Source of the DNA: Octopus sinensis
Lineage: Eukaryota
Reading direction: 5' to 3'
NCBI RefSeq assembly: GCF_006345805.1
Contig: NC_043013.1
Location: 5,580,001-5,644,000 of the forward strand
Length of the DNA: 64,000 nt
This document shows positions 26,901 through 41,199 of the stretch, one piece after another. A program made the translations under genes and the position numbers. Each line of letters begins with the position of its first letter. Positions within the stretch are counted from its first letter, which is position 1. The notes under the pieces were generated by a model. That model was given only the letters and a program-made list of their open reading frames with translations, was not told the origin of the DNA and did no database searches.

Positions 26901-28206
26901 CTTTACCAAAAATAGAAATAGGAAGGACACATGCACTGCTGGATTTTGAACCAGAGATGTGGGACACAAATAAACATTGTAAATGCATTTCATCCGGCAC
27001 AATACCATTCCTCTCTCCATACATGCACACACACACACACACACACACGCAGTGGTTATCTTCTCAGCACTTGTGGTTAGTCCGGTGGAGGAAATGCTAG
27101 ATTCAAAAGGTGTTTCTAATGAAAAAGTTTTTATTGCATTTCTGCGATTCACATCAGATTATTTATCTATTTTAAAACAAGGTCTACCTGTTGTTGTTTT
27201 GTGTGTGTGTGTAGTTTAATCAATACAAGATGGCTATTGACCAAGATCAATATTTCTCTCAAACCTCCCCCACTAACCCTTACCTACAACCCCCTTTACA
27301 TGACAGCAGCAACATTTGAAGGTTATCTGAAGCAGCTTTTGGTTTTACTCATGCTAAAATTAAGGTCATTCCACTTCGTTTCAGTCTATTTCGAGATCTT
27401 TCTGCCAAAGTTAGCTGCTGTTGTTCTTGCTTTTGTTATTGTTGTTGTTGTTGTTTTTTCTTGTTTTTTTGTCTATGATTCATTAAAAGTAATTTTACGT
27501 TGCCTCAGTTTCACAAAGCTGTCAGAAATAAGTACCAGCCAAGCTGTTCTCTAGAAACTTCCTTTCCTAGATAAACATAGACTTACAGTCCCAGTCCAGT
27601 TACAAGTTTATCTGCTCAGCCAATCTGTTCATTCATTTATCTTTTTAATCTGAATGATAAGGTTTTCTTTTGTTTTACGTAAGCTTTTTATTTGAATCTT
27701 TGAAGATTTATTGTTATTTACCTTGATTCATTTAGCTGTGAAATGCTGGGAGAAAGTTCACTAAAGTAGCCTAGCAACATATCCCATGGCAGATAACTAC
27801 CACTTGTCTATTTAAAACTATGGAACCCAGAGTTAGTCATTGAACCCACCTCCACATCTGCCACCCATATATTCTTCTGGTTTGTGGGAGCATTAACTTG
27901 TCTAAGGCATCAAATGTAAAATAAGACCCAGTCTCTTTAGATATGTTTTGTCGGTGGGTGTGTGGGTGGGATTTCTGAGATTGGAGAGTTGAAAACATGG
28001 CTACAATTTGTCTGTGAACTACATTTTTGGCCCATCGAAGTATCTTAAAGATGTGTGGTAAAAAGCTTGCTTCCCAACAGCATGGTTCCAGGTTCAGTTC
28101 CACTGCATGGTGCCTTGGGCAAATGCCTTCTACCACAGCCTCGGGCCGACCAAAGCCTTGTGAGTAGATTTGGTAGGCTGAAACTGAAAGAAGCCTGTTG
28201 TATGTA

Positions 28207-28299
<93 letters not shown>

Positions 28300-28398
28300 C
28301 AAGAGGAATCGGTACTAGATATGTCGAAACAATTGTTGTGATTAATAATATATTCTTGTATATTCCATCTTCTGTCTTTCACTTGTTATGTATGTATG

Positions 28399-28444
<46 letters not shown>

Positions 28445-29722
28445 TGTATGTGTGTATGTATGTGTGTGTGTGTGTGTGTGTGTTTGTATATATATATATA
28501 TATATGTTTGTATATATATATGTGTGTGTGTGTGTATGTATATGTATGTATGTGTATGTATATGTATGTGTAAGTATATATATATACATGTGTATATATA
28601 CATACATACATACATATATATATATATCCTTGTAAATTGTTGAAGGATTAACATTTGAAAAGATAAGGTGACTCTAAGATGGATTAACTTATCAATGTGG
28701 ATTTGGTTCTTTTTGTAGATGCTTTGTGGGCAGTTTGATAAACTCGGTGGTAGATAAATCTGATCAGATGAACTTTACAGTGGAAAAAACAAAAAAAAGC
28801 TCCCCATTGTTGCTTTATTTATCTCCATATCATATTTATTTGGTTTGGTAGTCCTTCTCTCAACTGCTGTTAGATACCAATGCACAGCTATTAGCATTTA
28901 TGTATTTTACTCCTAGTGATTATATAATGACGAGTGACTTTCATTAACGAATAACTCTGTACACACATCGTTATATAATCACTTGATATTACACAAAGTG
29001 TCTCAGTATTAGTAGGTAGGTGAGCAATATAAATGTAATAAAAGATAGACTGTAATTGGAATCATTGAGAGAATTTGCTTTGTCTTGACCTGCTAGAAGT
29101 AGCAGTCATGTTTCAAATTACATCTAGCATACCATATTTCTAAAGGGTGGGAACATTGGATAATGCAGTGTAAGACAAACTGCATGGAAAGATGGATTAG
29201 TTATGGCTAGAATATTCTGCGATATTCAGCAACACAGCGTAATGATTAAACAAGGCAATTAGGCTTTGGTTTTATCCAAAGATAATTGGAATACTGTTGC
29301 TTGAACAGGAAACTTGAGTTGTTGTCAGGCACCATCTGCGTTTTTGCATATATTAAGTCAAAATGTGTGTGTGTATAAGAAAAGCAGTGAATTGGTAGTC
29401 CTTACAAGCACTGGATAGAATACCTTGTGGCAAGTTCAACTCCCATTTCATTCGTTCAAGGTCAATAATAAGTAAAAGTACCAATGATGACAGAGTGGCA
29501 GGATTGTTAGGGCGTTCTGAGATGAAATGTTTTGGAGTATCTATTCTAGTTCTTTGCATTCTGGGATTGAATTCTTCACCACACTGGTATCTCATCAGTG
29601 GTAAAAGTTACTGTGGAACACTTGTATTAAGTCCTCCAGAACAGAGAGACTGCCTTTGAAATTCCAATGAGCACAAAAACTAATATGGCAAAAGTTCTTA
29701 AAGAATACTGTATATATATATA

Positions 29723-29781
<59 letters not shown>

Positions 29782-29783
29782 AT

Positions 29784-29845
<62 letters not shown>

Positions 29846-31320
29846 TACTGTGCAAATGTCTTCAGCCACTTAAAACTATTGTAAATATCTACTTACTGCC
29901 AATTTACAAGTGCATGTTTTGCATTTACAGATGAAACATTGGCCCTGTTAGAGTAATTTCCATACCTAATCATTATATTTTGTAGTAGGGGTTCTGAATG
30001 AGAGGGGAAGATGTGAGACGACCACCAAAAATGGCTGTGCAAAAGTTTTTGGTCACCTCACATAAACCAATCAAAATACAGTGTTTTAAAACAGAAAATT
30101 GTCTATAATGAAAATTTATTACACAATGTTCATTTCAAGAAGCTATTGTACATTGTTAATATTTCATGTAATTCCCTTAGCTTGAATAATTGCTTCAATA
30201 CACCTGGGAAGAGATGCATACAAATCCTTCACCATCATCACAGGTATGAGATGCCATTCTCTGTGACTGAACTCGCACAACTCTTCACGATTGCATGGAT
30301 TCTTCTGATGAACTCTTTTCTTTAGTTCTGTCCACATCTGCTCAATGATTTTTAAGTCAGGGCTCTAAGCTGGCCAATTTTTCAATACAGTAACACCGTC
30401 ATCAGCTAGACTCTATTGTGTTGCACACAATCTGTAGCGTGGAACTCTGTCATGCTGAAAAATCTCACCTTCATCCAAGTCTGGTATCAAATTGTCCATC
30501 AGCAATGGGATGTATTTGGCACTATTCAAAATGCCATCAATTTTAACCAACTTTCTTGAACCATCACTTTTTATGTATCCCCAAACCATCAGACTCTTAC
30601 CTCCAAACTTCACTGTTTTTGTTGTGTAATGTGGATCATTTCGCTTTCTAATAAGTGAGAATTTGTGAGAAGGCCTCCAGGAAAGTAAAACGACCCTCAT
30701 TACATGACGACAAGGCCAATGTTTCATCTGTGAAAAATACAATGCAAAACATCCTCTTATAAGTTGGCAATTAGTAGGAATTTACAATAGTTTAAACTAG
30801 CCGAAGACTTTTGGATGGTACTGTATATATACATATATATAATATATATATATAGTATCAATGGCACATAAAATATACCCAATACAGTCTGTTAAGTGGT
30901 TGACATTAGGAAGGGCATCCAGCCATAGAAAACTTTCCACAACAGACAACTGGAGTTTGCTGTTATGCAATGAAATATGGCGACTAACACCATATCATAG
31001 TATCAACAAGACCATCAGATGTTGTTATACACTGTTGACCCCATTTCCTCACATTGTTTTAGCTTTTAAGATGACTCCACCCCACTGGCTTGATTGACAG
31101 GCCCTTTTTCATCTCTTTAGTTCAGCTAGTTTCCAACTTAGAGCAAACGGACTATGTGCTTGGTTCAGTGAAGCAGTCCTCCTGTAGGGTCAGTTGTCTG
31201 GTACCTTTGTAGCTAATTTGGACCTGCCAGGGCATACACTCCTTCTACTATAGCTATTGACCAACCATTACCCCTGTTGTACCACTATGAAGCACTGACG
31301 TAAGAATTTGCAGCAGATAG

Positions 31321-31371
<51 letters not shown>

Positions 31372-34300
31372 TGATGATGTGAGCCTCCATCTTCAATGAT
31401 GGGGAGTAAGTTATTTAATTAACTGATTTATTTGCTCCTGAATTAACATGTCAGTGACTGAGGCATTCCACACCCACATGTACCCTTAATATAAGTCTCA
31501 GGTGCACACATGCGTGTGTGTGTATGTGCATGCATGTATTGTGAGTGAGAGAGAGGGAGAAAGCAGTATCTGTGAACAATTGTTTGTTGCCAGAATTGTT
31601 TTACCTGTCTGTACAGGTAGTCAAATTGATTAGATAACATCACCCTCCTTTCTCTTTACTAATTCTGATTAGATTTGTTCAATATCTATATGTCTGTTCT
31701 TGATAGAATTTCATAGATCTATTCCCATGCATTTTCCATTATACTGATGCACTCCACTCCACTAATCCCTGGCTTTAGCAGAAATTCGCCTAGTTTCTAA
31801 CAGTTTGCCTCCCTTTAAGGTACTTGTAAACACTCCATTTGAAATATTCTAAAGTTTGCCTCCTGACAAGGTACTCTAAAATCACTTACCTTCCAGTGAG
31901 GTACTCTAAGAAGTTTACCTCCTGACTGATCAGGTTTCGGTGATGAATGAATTAGGGCACTGGTTCTCAACTATTTTTTGCTCAGGGACTCCTTTCATTC
32001 CTATTTTCCTCTACTGGACCTCCATGTTTTAAAAAAATTGTTTTATATTTTTATAATTAAATATTAAAGGAATTGTATTCAAGAAATTGTGAAAATAATT
32101 TGTGTATTTTTGAAATAGGACCAATTTATTACATGTAAACTTTAACAACAAAACATTATATGGGCCCCAGTTGAGAATCACTGTATTAGGGTTTAGAGTA
32201 CCTTAACAGGAGGTAAAGGGTGCACCAAAATCTGACCAGTCGTTTATTTCCTTTACATCATCCTTCTCCCATATTTCTTTTCTCTTTTCTCTTTCTTCTC
32301 CTTCCCACTTCTTTCTCTCAACCAATTCCTTGGTTATTTAGGGAGTGGAGTGGGAGTCATTGTTGGGGTTTCTTTATAGTATTTACCTCTGTTCTTAGGA
32401 TTAATTCCGACATGTTGTACACCCACCCAACCTCTCTCACCTCCCCCTCTTTCTTTCTCTAGTTATTTTGTAAACTCCCCTCCCCCCTACTCCCTTCTCC
32501 TTCTCCGTATTCTTCCGACTATGGAGTATGAATTCAGGGTAGCAATTGTTTCCATTTCAGGGTGTCATAGAACTGAAGGACTCTCATGGCATTGACAGCA
32601 ACACTGAGACTCGCATCCAGTACTTCTTGGACCGGTTCTACATGAGCAGGATCAGTATAAGAATGCTTATCAACCAACACAGTGAGTAAACTTCAGGCAC
32701 CACATGGCTGATACATGCATACACTTTCTCTCTCTCTCTCTCACCCACATGTGCGCATCCATTTACATACACTCTTGCATGCATCCATACACACTCTCTC
32801 TCTCTCTCTCTCTCTCTTATCACCATTTTCACATCAACCCTTTGGCGCTTGAATGGGTCACACAAGATTCATTGGAGTAGATTTTCTATGGCCGGATGCC
32901 CTTCCTGTCACCAACCCTCAACTGTTTCCAGGTAAGGTAGTATTTCTCCATGGCCAGACATGTTTTCGTCAGAGACTGGAGACAAAGGACACTGCTTGCA
33001 TGACAGTGTCCTTTGTTTACAAACATACATACACACACGTGCACACATACACACACACATGCACACATACACACATACATGCACACAAACAAAAGTGTGG
33101 ATATGTGTTTGACTATGTATATTTATTTATTTATACATGTGTGTGTATGTGTGCGATCATGTAAAAGTGTATGTATATATGTATATGTGTATATGTTATG
33201 TGTATGTATAGGCACAGGAGTGGCTGTGTGGTAAGTAGCTTGCTAACCAACCACATGGTGGCATCTTGGGCAAGTGTCTTCTGCTATAGCCCCGGGCCGA
33301 CCAATGCCTTGTGAGTGGATTTGGTAGGCGGAAACTGATAGAAGCCCGTCGTATATATGTATATATATATATATGTGTGTGTCTGTGTTTGTCCACCTAG
33401 CATTGCTTGACAACCGATGCTGGTGTGTTTACGTCCCCGTCACTTAGCGGTTCGGCAAAAGATACCGATAGAATAAGTACTGGGCTTACAAAGAATAAGT
33501 CCCGGGGTCGATTTGCTCGACTAAAAGGCGGTGCTCCAGCATGGCCGCAGTCAAATGACTGAAACAAGTAAAAGAGAGTAAAGAGTTTATATGTGAGTAT
33601 ATCTGTGTTTGCTCTTATATGTGTGTGTGTGTGTGTGTGTGTGTAATTTCCCTCATTTTTCTTTTTTCTTTCTGTAAATTAGTCTTCCTAAACTTTTGTT
33701 CCTTAGATGCCGTATCAGACTAATGTTTTATATTCGTACATACACATGTATGCACACACACACACACACATATATATATATGTCCCTTCAAGCATCTGTT
33801 TTACTTTCAGCTCTCCTGTTTGGCTCCCAGCTTGCCCAGAATAATCGTCACATTGGTTGCATTGACCCCAACTGTGCAGTTTTAGATGTTGTCAAAGGTG
33901 AGTTAACATGGCTCTTTCTTCTGGCTCACTTTCAATATCATCATCGTCATCATCGCCATCATAGTTGAAATTGTGCAGAAGTGTCGTATGTCCACTTTGC
34001 CTTTCACCCTTTCGGGCTCAATGAAATTAGTACCAGTTATGCACTAGGGTCCTGTTATTGATTTCCCCCTCCTCTGAAGTTGCTAGCCTTGTACCAGAAT
34101 GTGAAATTGTTATTAAGGTGGTGAACTGGCAGAATTGTTGGCAGGCTGGGCAAAATGCTTAGTGGTATTTCGTCTGTCTTTACATTCTGAGTTCAAATCC
34201 CACCAAAGATCACTTTGCCTTTCATCCTTTCGGGGGTTAATAAAATAAGTACCAGTTGAAAACTGGGGTCGATTTAATTGACTCAGCCCCTCTCCCAAAC

Positions 34301-37300
34301 TTGCTGGCCTTGTGCTAAGATTTGAAATCAATATGTGTAACACTGTTTTTATTTTTCCCCTCATTTTTTTTCTCTTGTAGATTCCTATGAGAATGCCAAG
34401 TTCCTCTGTGACCAGTATTATCTCAATGCTCCAGAAGTGGAAATCAAGACACATAATGCCACAGGTAAGTTTGTGTTCGGGATGCTCTTCCAGTTGGTAA
34501 CCAGCTTGCACCTGCTTCCACTGAAGATTGGGAATGAATGGCACCATTTTTATGACAGTGGCACTCATTTACAGCTATCACACAATGTTAAAGCAAGGAT
34601 ACAGTAACACACACATACATATGTATACATTCATGCATATGTGACAGGCTTCTTTCAGTTTCCATCTACCAGATCCACCCACAAGGCTTTGGGAAACCCA
34701 GGGCTAAAGTAGAAGATACTTGTTTAAAGTGTCACACTGTGGAACTGAAACCAAAACCTTATGGTTGGGAAGCAAACTTCTTAACCATATACCCACATCT
34801 GCAGACATATGTATGTGCGAGTGTGTGTGTATATACATGTATGTGCCTGTCTGTTTACATTTACACCCCACCACCAATCATCATTGTGCTGCAACTGGTG
34901 TTGTTTTCATTTCTTTTGTCAGCAATTCATCTCCTGGCTTTGCTCCTTTGAAGTCTTGTGGAATAAGAGATCCCATTCTTGAAAAACAAATTCGGGTTAG
35001 TGACAAGGAGGGCACCCAGCTGTAAAACAATGCTTCAGCAATATATCTATCTAACCTATGCTGGCATGGAAAAACATAAGTAAAACAAATTCTGTAGTCT
35101 CTGTCGTAACTAGAGACAATCCAGTGAACCTTCAGCTGGTTGGCCTACACTCTGTTGACTCCTCCTGTTGAATACTCCTGGATACAGGGTGCAGCAAAAA
35201 TTAATCTCAGATTCACCTTAGTTGATAAACATTTCAACATCAAACACACAGTATGCACTGCTCCAAATTATGGTCATAATGGGGAAAAAAATAGTAAGAT
35301 ATTAGCTACAGGAAGACACCATTATCACCTGAGTAAATTCATTAGCACCACATCAATCACTATGCAGAATTTGGGAGGTTTTTCTGCCACACTTTGTAAA
35401 AGAACTTTAAAATGTACCCTTTCTCATCAAACTCTTTTGTGCCAGGTAACATGATAACACACCTGTGTTTATTCCTTCTCTTTTCTCTAGTGCCAGACCA
35501 AAAAGAAGACATTCGTATGGTCTATGTTCCATCACATTTATATCATATTTTGTTTGAACTCTTCAAAGTAAGTCATTTCTGCTTTTATTATTATTCATTT
35601 ATTTATTTTCAGTAATTATCAACTTAATCAATTATGAAATCATCTCCCACTCTTCTAAAAGTGAGTTGTCAATGTAGCTCTTCTACAGCAAGAAACCTAT
35701 TCTGCTCTGGCCATTTCTCTCATATCTTACCATTCTCTATTCTTTATCCTCCTAGCATGAGGTTGTCCCCAATTCCCTAAAGGCTGTAGTCTTGCTAGTT
35801 GCCTGGCAACTTCACTAGTTCTGGAGGCATGAAAAAAGCACCCAGTACATGCAGTAAAGTGGTTGGCATTAGGAAGGGCATCCAACCATAGAAACCATGT
35901 CAAACAAACACTGGAGCACAGTGCTTGGGCCCATTGGATTCCAGCATGGAACATGGATGTTAAATGAGGAGGAAGGCGGCAGTAGCAACAACAACGACAA
36001 TTTTGGTGTAAGACATGAAATCAGTCTGGAAAAGTGTTGGCCTTGAGACAGATGGATCCAACTTATAGCAGCAGCAAAGTAGTAAAACGTATTGACACAA
36101 ACAAGAGAGCCACTACATGATAACTCGGTTTGCTAGAAATATTAGCCAAATATCCCCTCAAACTACACACTACCATCTTAAAAGGACAGTAGTTTGTGGT
36201 TTGATGGAGTATTTTGTATCTGTCTATTTCTTTTCTTTGAGTCACAGTATGATCAATTCATTTGTCTGTCTCATGTTTTGAGTCACAATATTATTGAGCA
36301 TACAACAGTTTGATCTGTTCATTTCCTATTACAATTCACTGTTAAATGTATTCTATTGTCCCCAGTTTTTAGTTTGTCTCTCATGATCCACACAAAAACG
36401 ACACCTGCTCCATCAGTTGATGCTAACAGTTGTATTGCCTACATGAGTGTACGATACACTATTGTTACTCTGTCTTCCAGAAATATCCTTCCTAACTCCC
36501 TCAAATCACACCTCGTTGTCCTTAAAACAAAGGCTACTGTGAATAATGTGGATCTCAAGTATGCTGTGCTTGAAAATGGTGGGGGTAATTTAAATAACAT
36601 AATCTAAGATATGTATGTGTAAAAAGACGGGATGACCTCAGATGAAGCATCATGGATCATAGAATCTGCTGGATCAGGTCTTGCCTGGAAGCTAAACAAC
36701 AGCATCACTCTCCATCAGCACAACTTATCAACAAAACAAGATGTAACCAGTTTAAGCTAGATATAACCAATTTAACTCTTTAGTGTTTAAACTGGTTATA
36801 TCTGGCTGAAATATTGTTCCTGCTTTATTTTCAAAGCAGCCAGAGCTGGCCTCTCGCACCTAATCTGCAATTTCAATCTAAAAATAAACATGAACAATCA
36901 TATCATCAAAATCTCAAGGTTATGAGATAATGCAGGATTAATTCAAAACAATGTGCCTTAGAGTCAATGTAGCAAAGACCAAAGTCCTAGTAAGTAGGAA
37001 GGCAAACACACCACACACCCCTTCAGGTAGGTGGCCCTGCTCGATCTGTAAAAAAGGTGTAGGTAGAAACTCCATAAGATGTACCCAGTGTAAGCTATGG
37101 ACACATAAGAGGTGCAGCACCATCAAAGGAAAATTAACCAAGAAGATAGCTTTCGTGTGCGGCAGAAACACAAGGACAATAGACACCATTGATACTCAGA
37201 AAACAGATTCCATTACACCCCTGAGAGAGAAACTAGTAGTTGATAGTTTCCGCTACCTGAGTGACCAAGTTAGTAGCGGGGGTGGATGGTCAGAGAGTGT

Positions 37301-39219
37301 TACCACTAGAATAAGAATAGCCTGGGCAAAGTTTAGAAAGCTCCTACCCCTACTGGTGACAAAGGGTCTCTCACTCAGAGTGAAAGGTAGATTGTACAAC
37401 GCATGTGTGTGAACTGCCATGCTTCACGGTAGTGAAACATGGGCCATGACTGCAGAGGATATGCGTAGGCTTGAAAGAAATGAAGCTAGCATGATCTGCT
37501 GGATGTGTAATGTGAGTGTGCATACACGACAGAGTATAAGTGCCCTGAGAGAAATGCTGGACATAAGAAGCATCGGATGTGGTGTGCAAGAGAGACGTCT
37601 GCGCTGGTATGGTCATGTACTACGGATGGATGAGGAGAGATGTGTGAAGAAGTGCCACTCCCAAACAGTTGAAGGAATCTGGGGTAGATGTAGACCCAGA
37701 AAGACATGGGATGAGGTCTCACAGAGGCAATGACGAAAGACCGAAACCTCTGGAAATATGCTGTGACTGTGAAGACCCGACAAATAATGTGAGTTCATGG
37801 CTGTTTCCTGCACCAGCTTCACATAGAAAACCCCAGCCCATCCAAAGTGTTTTGGACCGCAGGATGGCCTGCTGTACTTACCTTGTATCATAGGGCGACC
37901 TGCTGTGCTTGAGGAGACCTGTTGAGTCAAGTACATCACCATCAACATCAAAAATCAAATGGAAATTGTAATTGTGATACCTGTGCCGGTGGCACGTAAA
38001 ATGCACCATCCGTACGTGGCCGATGCCAGCGCTGCCCTTGACTGGTTTCCGTACTGGTGGCATGTAAAAAGCACCAACTGATTGTGGCCGGTGGCATGTA
38101 AAAAGCACCCACTACACTCACGGACTGGTTGGCGTTAGGAAGGGCATCCAGCTGTAGAAATACTGCCAGATCAGACTGGAGCCTGGTGCAGCCTCCTGGC
38201 TTCCCAGACCCCGGTCAAATTGTCCAACCCATGTTAGCATGGACAACGGACGTTAAACGATGATGATGATTTGACAGAGTAATCTGAATGCAGAAGGATT
38301 AAACTGGATATAACCAGTTTAAACTCGTGACACTTTCTTTTTTTGTTTTCTGACTTTAGCTAGTTTCATTGAATGTTGACGAATAAATCCAGTTACAAAT
38401 CTCCGCTGTGATCTGGTGCTTTCTTGAAGCTTTGCTGCAACCATCTGGCAGAGGTGACAATCAAGGCAGCCATACTCATACCTATCCCCATCCTCCACGT
38501 CCACATGGACATGCTTGTGTCTGCCACTGTCTGGAAACTTGTGAATCAGCAATGGAGTGACAATCATGCGCTAGGTGACCATCACACCCCAAGGGGCCCC
38601 CCAACAACTATGCTGGAAGAGAGTGTGCAAAGGTTGGCCTTGCTGTAGGTTCGTAGCAAGCGACCAGCAGAGGTAGCTGCGAGCATGTACTCATGTACCT
38701 TCTCTTTCCAGGCCTGAGCACAAGCATACCCCAGTTTTGGTAGCGCATACTCAGAGTTTTTAGTGCCTTAATATTTATGCAACTTTGTACCTGAAGTAAT
38801 TTCTTGGGCATCTTATTTATATACCATCAAATACATTAATTTATATTGATATATAATATGTGTGTGTTGTTCTTTGACAATTCTTTCCATTAAACCAAAA
38901 TATAATGCTAAAGAGAATATTCTTGCTGTCATTTGTAGAATGCCATGAGAGCTGTTGTTGAGTATCACCCCGAAGACATGGAACTGCCAAAGTTAAATGT
39001 CGGCATCACCAAAGGAGATGAAGATGTGACTATAAAGGTTCAGTATAGCTATCTATCTATCTCTCTGTCTATCTATCTATCTATCTCTCTGTCTATCTAT
39101 CTATCTATCTCTCTGTCTGTCTATCTATCTACCTATCTATCTATCTATCTATCTATCTACCCACCCATATGCATACACATACACACACACACACACACAC
39201 CACACACACACACACCACA

Positions 39220-39263
<44 letters not shown>

Positions 39264-41146
39264 TATTTGGGCTTATAACTGAGAGAAAGATTATTCAATA
39301 CATGAAGCAGAGTTTAAATTCTTCAATTGCATATACTGGATTTTTAATCAGTTGAGTGGTTATTTGCAACCATCAGTGAGTGTTTTATTCACCTTCTCTT
39401 ATGCCAGAGACAACAAATTCTCATTCAAGCAAGTGACTAGTTGCAAGTGTGCAGCATTGAAAAGGCCCAAAAAGGCCAAAATGCATCGGGTGCTTTTGCT
39501 GGCCACTGCGGGGATTTTTGTCTCTCTTTGATATTTACTATTATTTTAACATAGTAAACCCATAAGAGATGTTATTTCAAAACAAATACTGCGGTGTCTA
39601 TCCTATTGAATCTGTATGATCCATCGATGGCTATTCTTACAAGAATTGTTATAAAACATTCTGTATCTTTGAAACTGATGCAAGATATTCCTTCTGTTTC
39701 TTGTAGATGAGTGACCAAGGAGGCGGCATTCCTCGGAGTAAGTCCGACTTGTTGTTCCATTACATGTATTCCACTGCACCACAACCAATGCGATCAGAGA
39801 ATGGGTCAGCACCACTGGTAAGTCTTCCCATCCTCCTCCTCTCTCTCTCCCTTTTCTGTTCTCATGGACATTTATTGTTGTTTCATTTTAAAGCCAGGAA
39901 TTTCTTGTTGTTTAGCCATAGGCTATCCCTGATTAAGTAGAACTGTGATCAGAGGCATTCCAGCCACGGCCAGCTTATATTTTTAGAAGTATCTAGGACT
40001 ATGTTATACAATGTATGCTTCTGTTTTCATTAAGACCAATAGAGTGTGATTCGAGGGAGATTTGGCTGCTATTTCTAACAGATTGAATGACTATGTATAG
40101 CAGTGGTCCTCAGCAAGTGTCCATGTCACCCTTGTAGGTCCATATAAGATTTATTTTTTTGTTAAAATTTTTGTGCAATAAATTGCTTATACTTCTGCAA
40201 TGTACCAAACATTTTAACAATTTTTTAATACAATTCTTAGCATCATCATCGTTTAATGTCCGCTTTCCATGCTGGCATGGGTTGGACAGTTTGACTGAGG
40301 ACCGGTGAGCCAGGAGGCTGCACCAGGCTTAATCTGATCTGGCAAAGTTTCTACAGCTGGATACCCTTCCTAACACCAACCACTCCAAGAGTGTAGTGGG
40401 TGCTTTTACATGCCACCGGCACAAGGGCCAGTCAGGCGGTTCTGGCAACGACCACGCTCAAAAGGTGTTTTTTATGTGCTACCTGCATGGGAGCCAGTCT
40501 GGTGGCACTGGCAACGACCATGCTTGAATGTTGTTTTTCACGTGCCAGATATTATAATGTTAGATTATTTATTCATTTTATTATAAATTTACGGTAAAAA
40601 TATTTCTTTACCTTCACCCGTTTAATACAATAAATGAATTAATTGCATTGCAATTAAAAACATTTATGTATTAGGAATTTTGGTACTTTACCAACAGTAT
40701 ATTGGATAAATGATATCCCATAGTGGGTTACACCCATAACCCCTATCTTACTTTGTACTATATATATGTTTTTTTCTCTCCTTGTTTTTTCTGTGTCCCT
40801 TTCTGTAGAAGAGCCTAGGCTCGAAACGTAAAAGACTTTTTCTATTCCTGAGCGTTATACTAATACATATTATTGTTTTGTACACCATCTGTCTTCGTCT
40901 TTTGTTTTTTCGTAAACTCTCCTTATATATATATTGTCTGAGTCAGACGCCATGATAGATCGTTAGCCACTACACACATTTTTTTTCTCTCCTTGTTTTC
41001 TGTGTCCCTTTCTGCAGAAGAGTGTAGGCTCGAAACGTAAAAGACTTTTTCTATTCCTGAGTGTTATACTAATACATATGTTTGTTTTGTACACCATCTG
41101 TCTTTGTCTTTTGTTTTTTCGTAAACTCTCCCTATATATATATGTA

Positions 41147-41199
<53 letters not shown>

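Noticed and set aside
26980-27230. Possible alternative PDK exon in intron B-C
   Set aside because: No similarity to any PDK segment and no convincing splice-site pair
28045-29934. Many [12 protein letters not shown] ORFs, also at 15.6, 16.7, 41.1, 51.1 and 63.4 kb
   Set aside because: Translations of dinucleotide microsatellites
39707-39724. SDQGGG versus vertebrate SDRGGG as a candidate A-to-I Q/R recoding site
   Set aside because: Q at this position also occurs in invertebrate PDKs as far as I recall; DNA alone gives no evidence of editing
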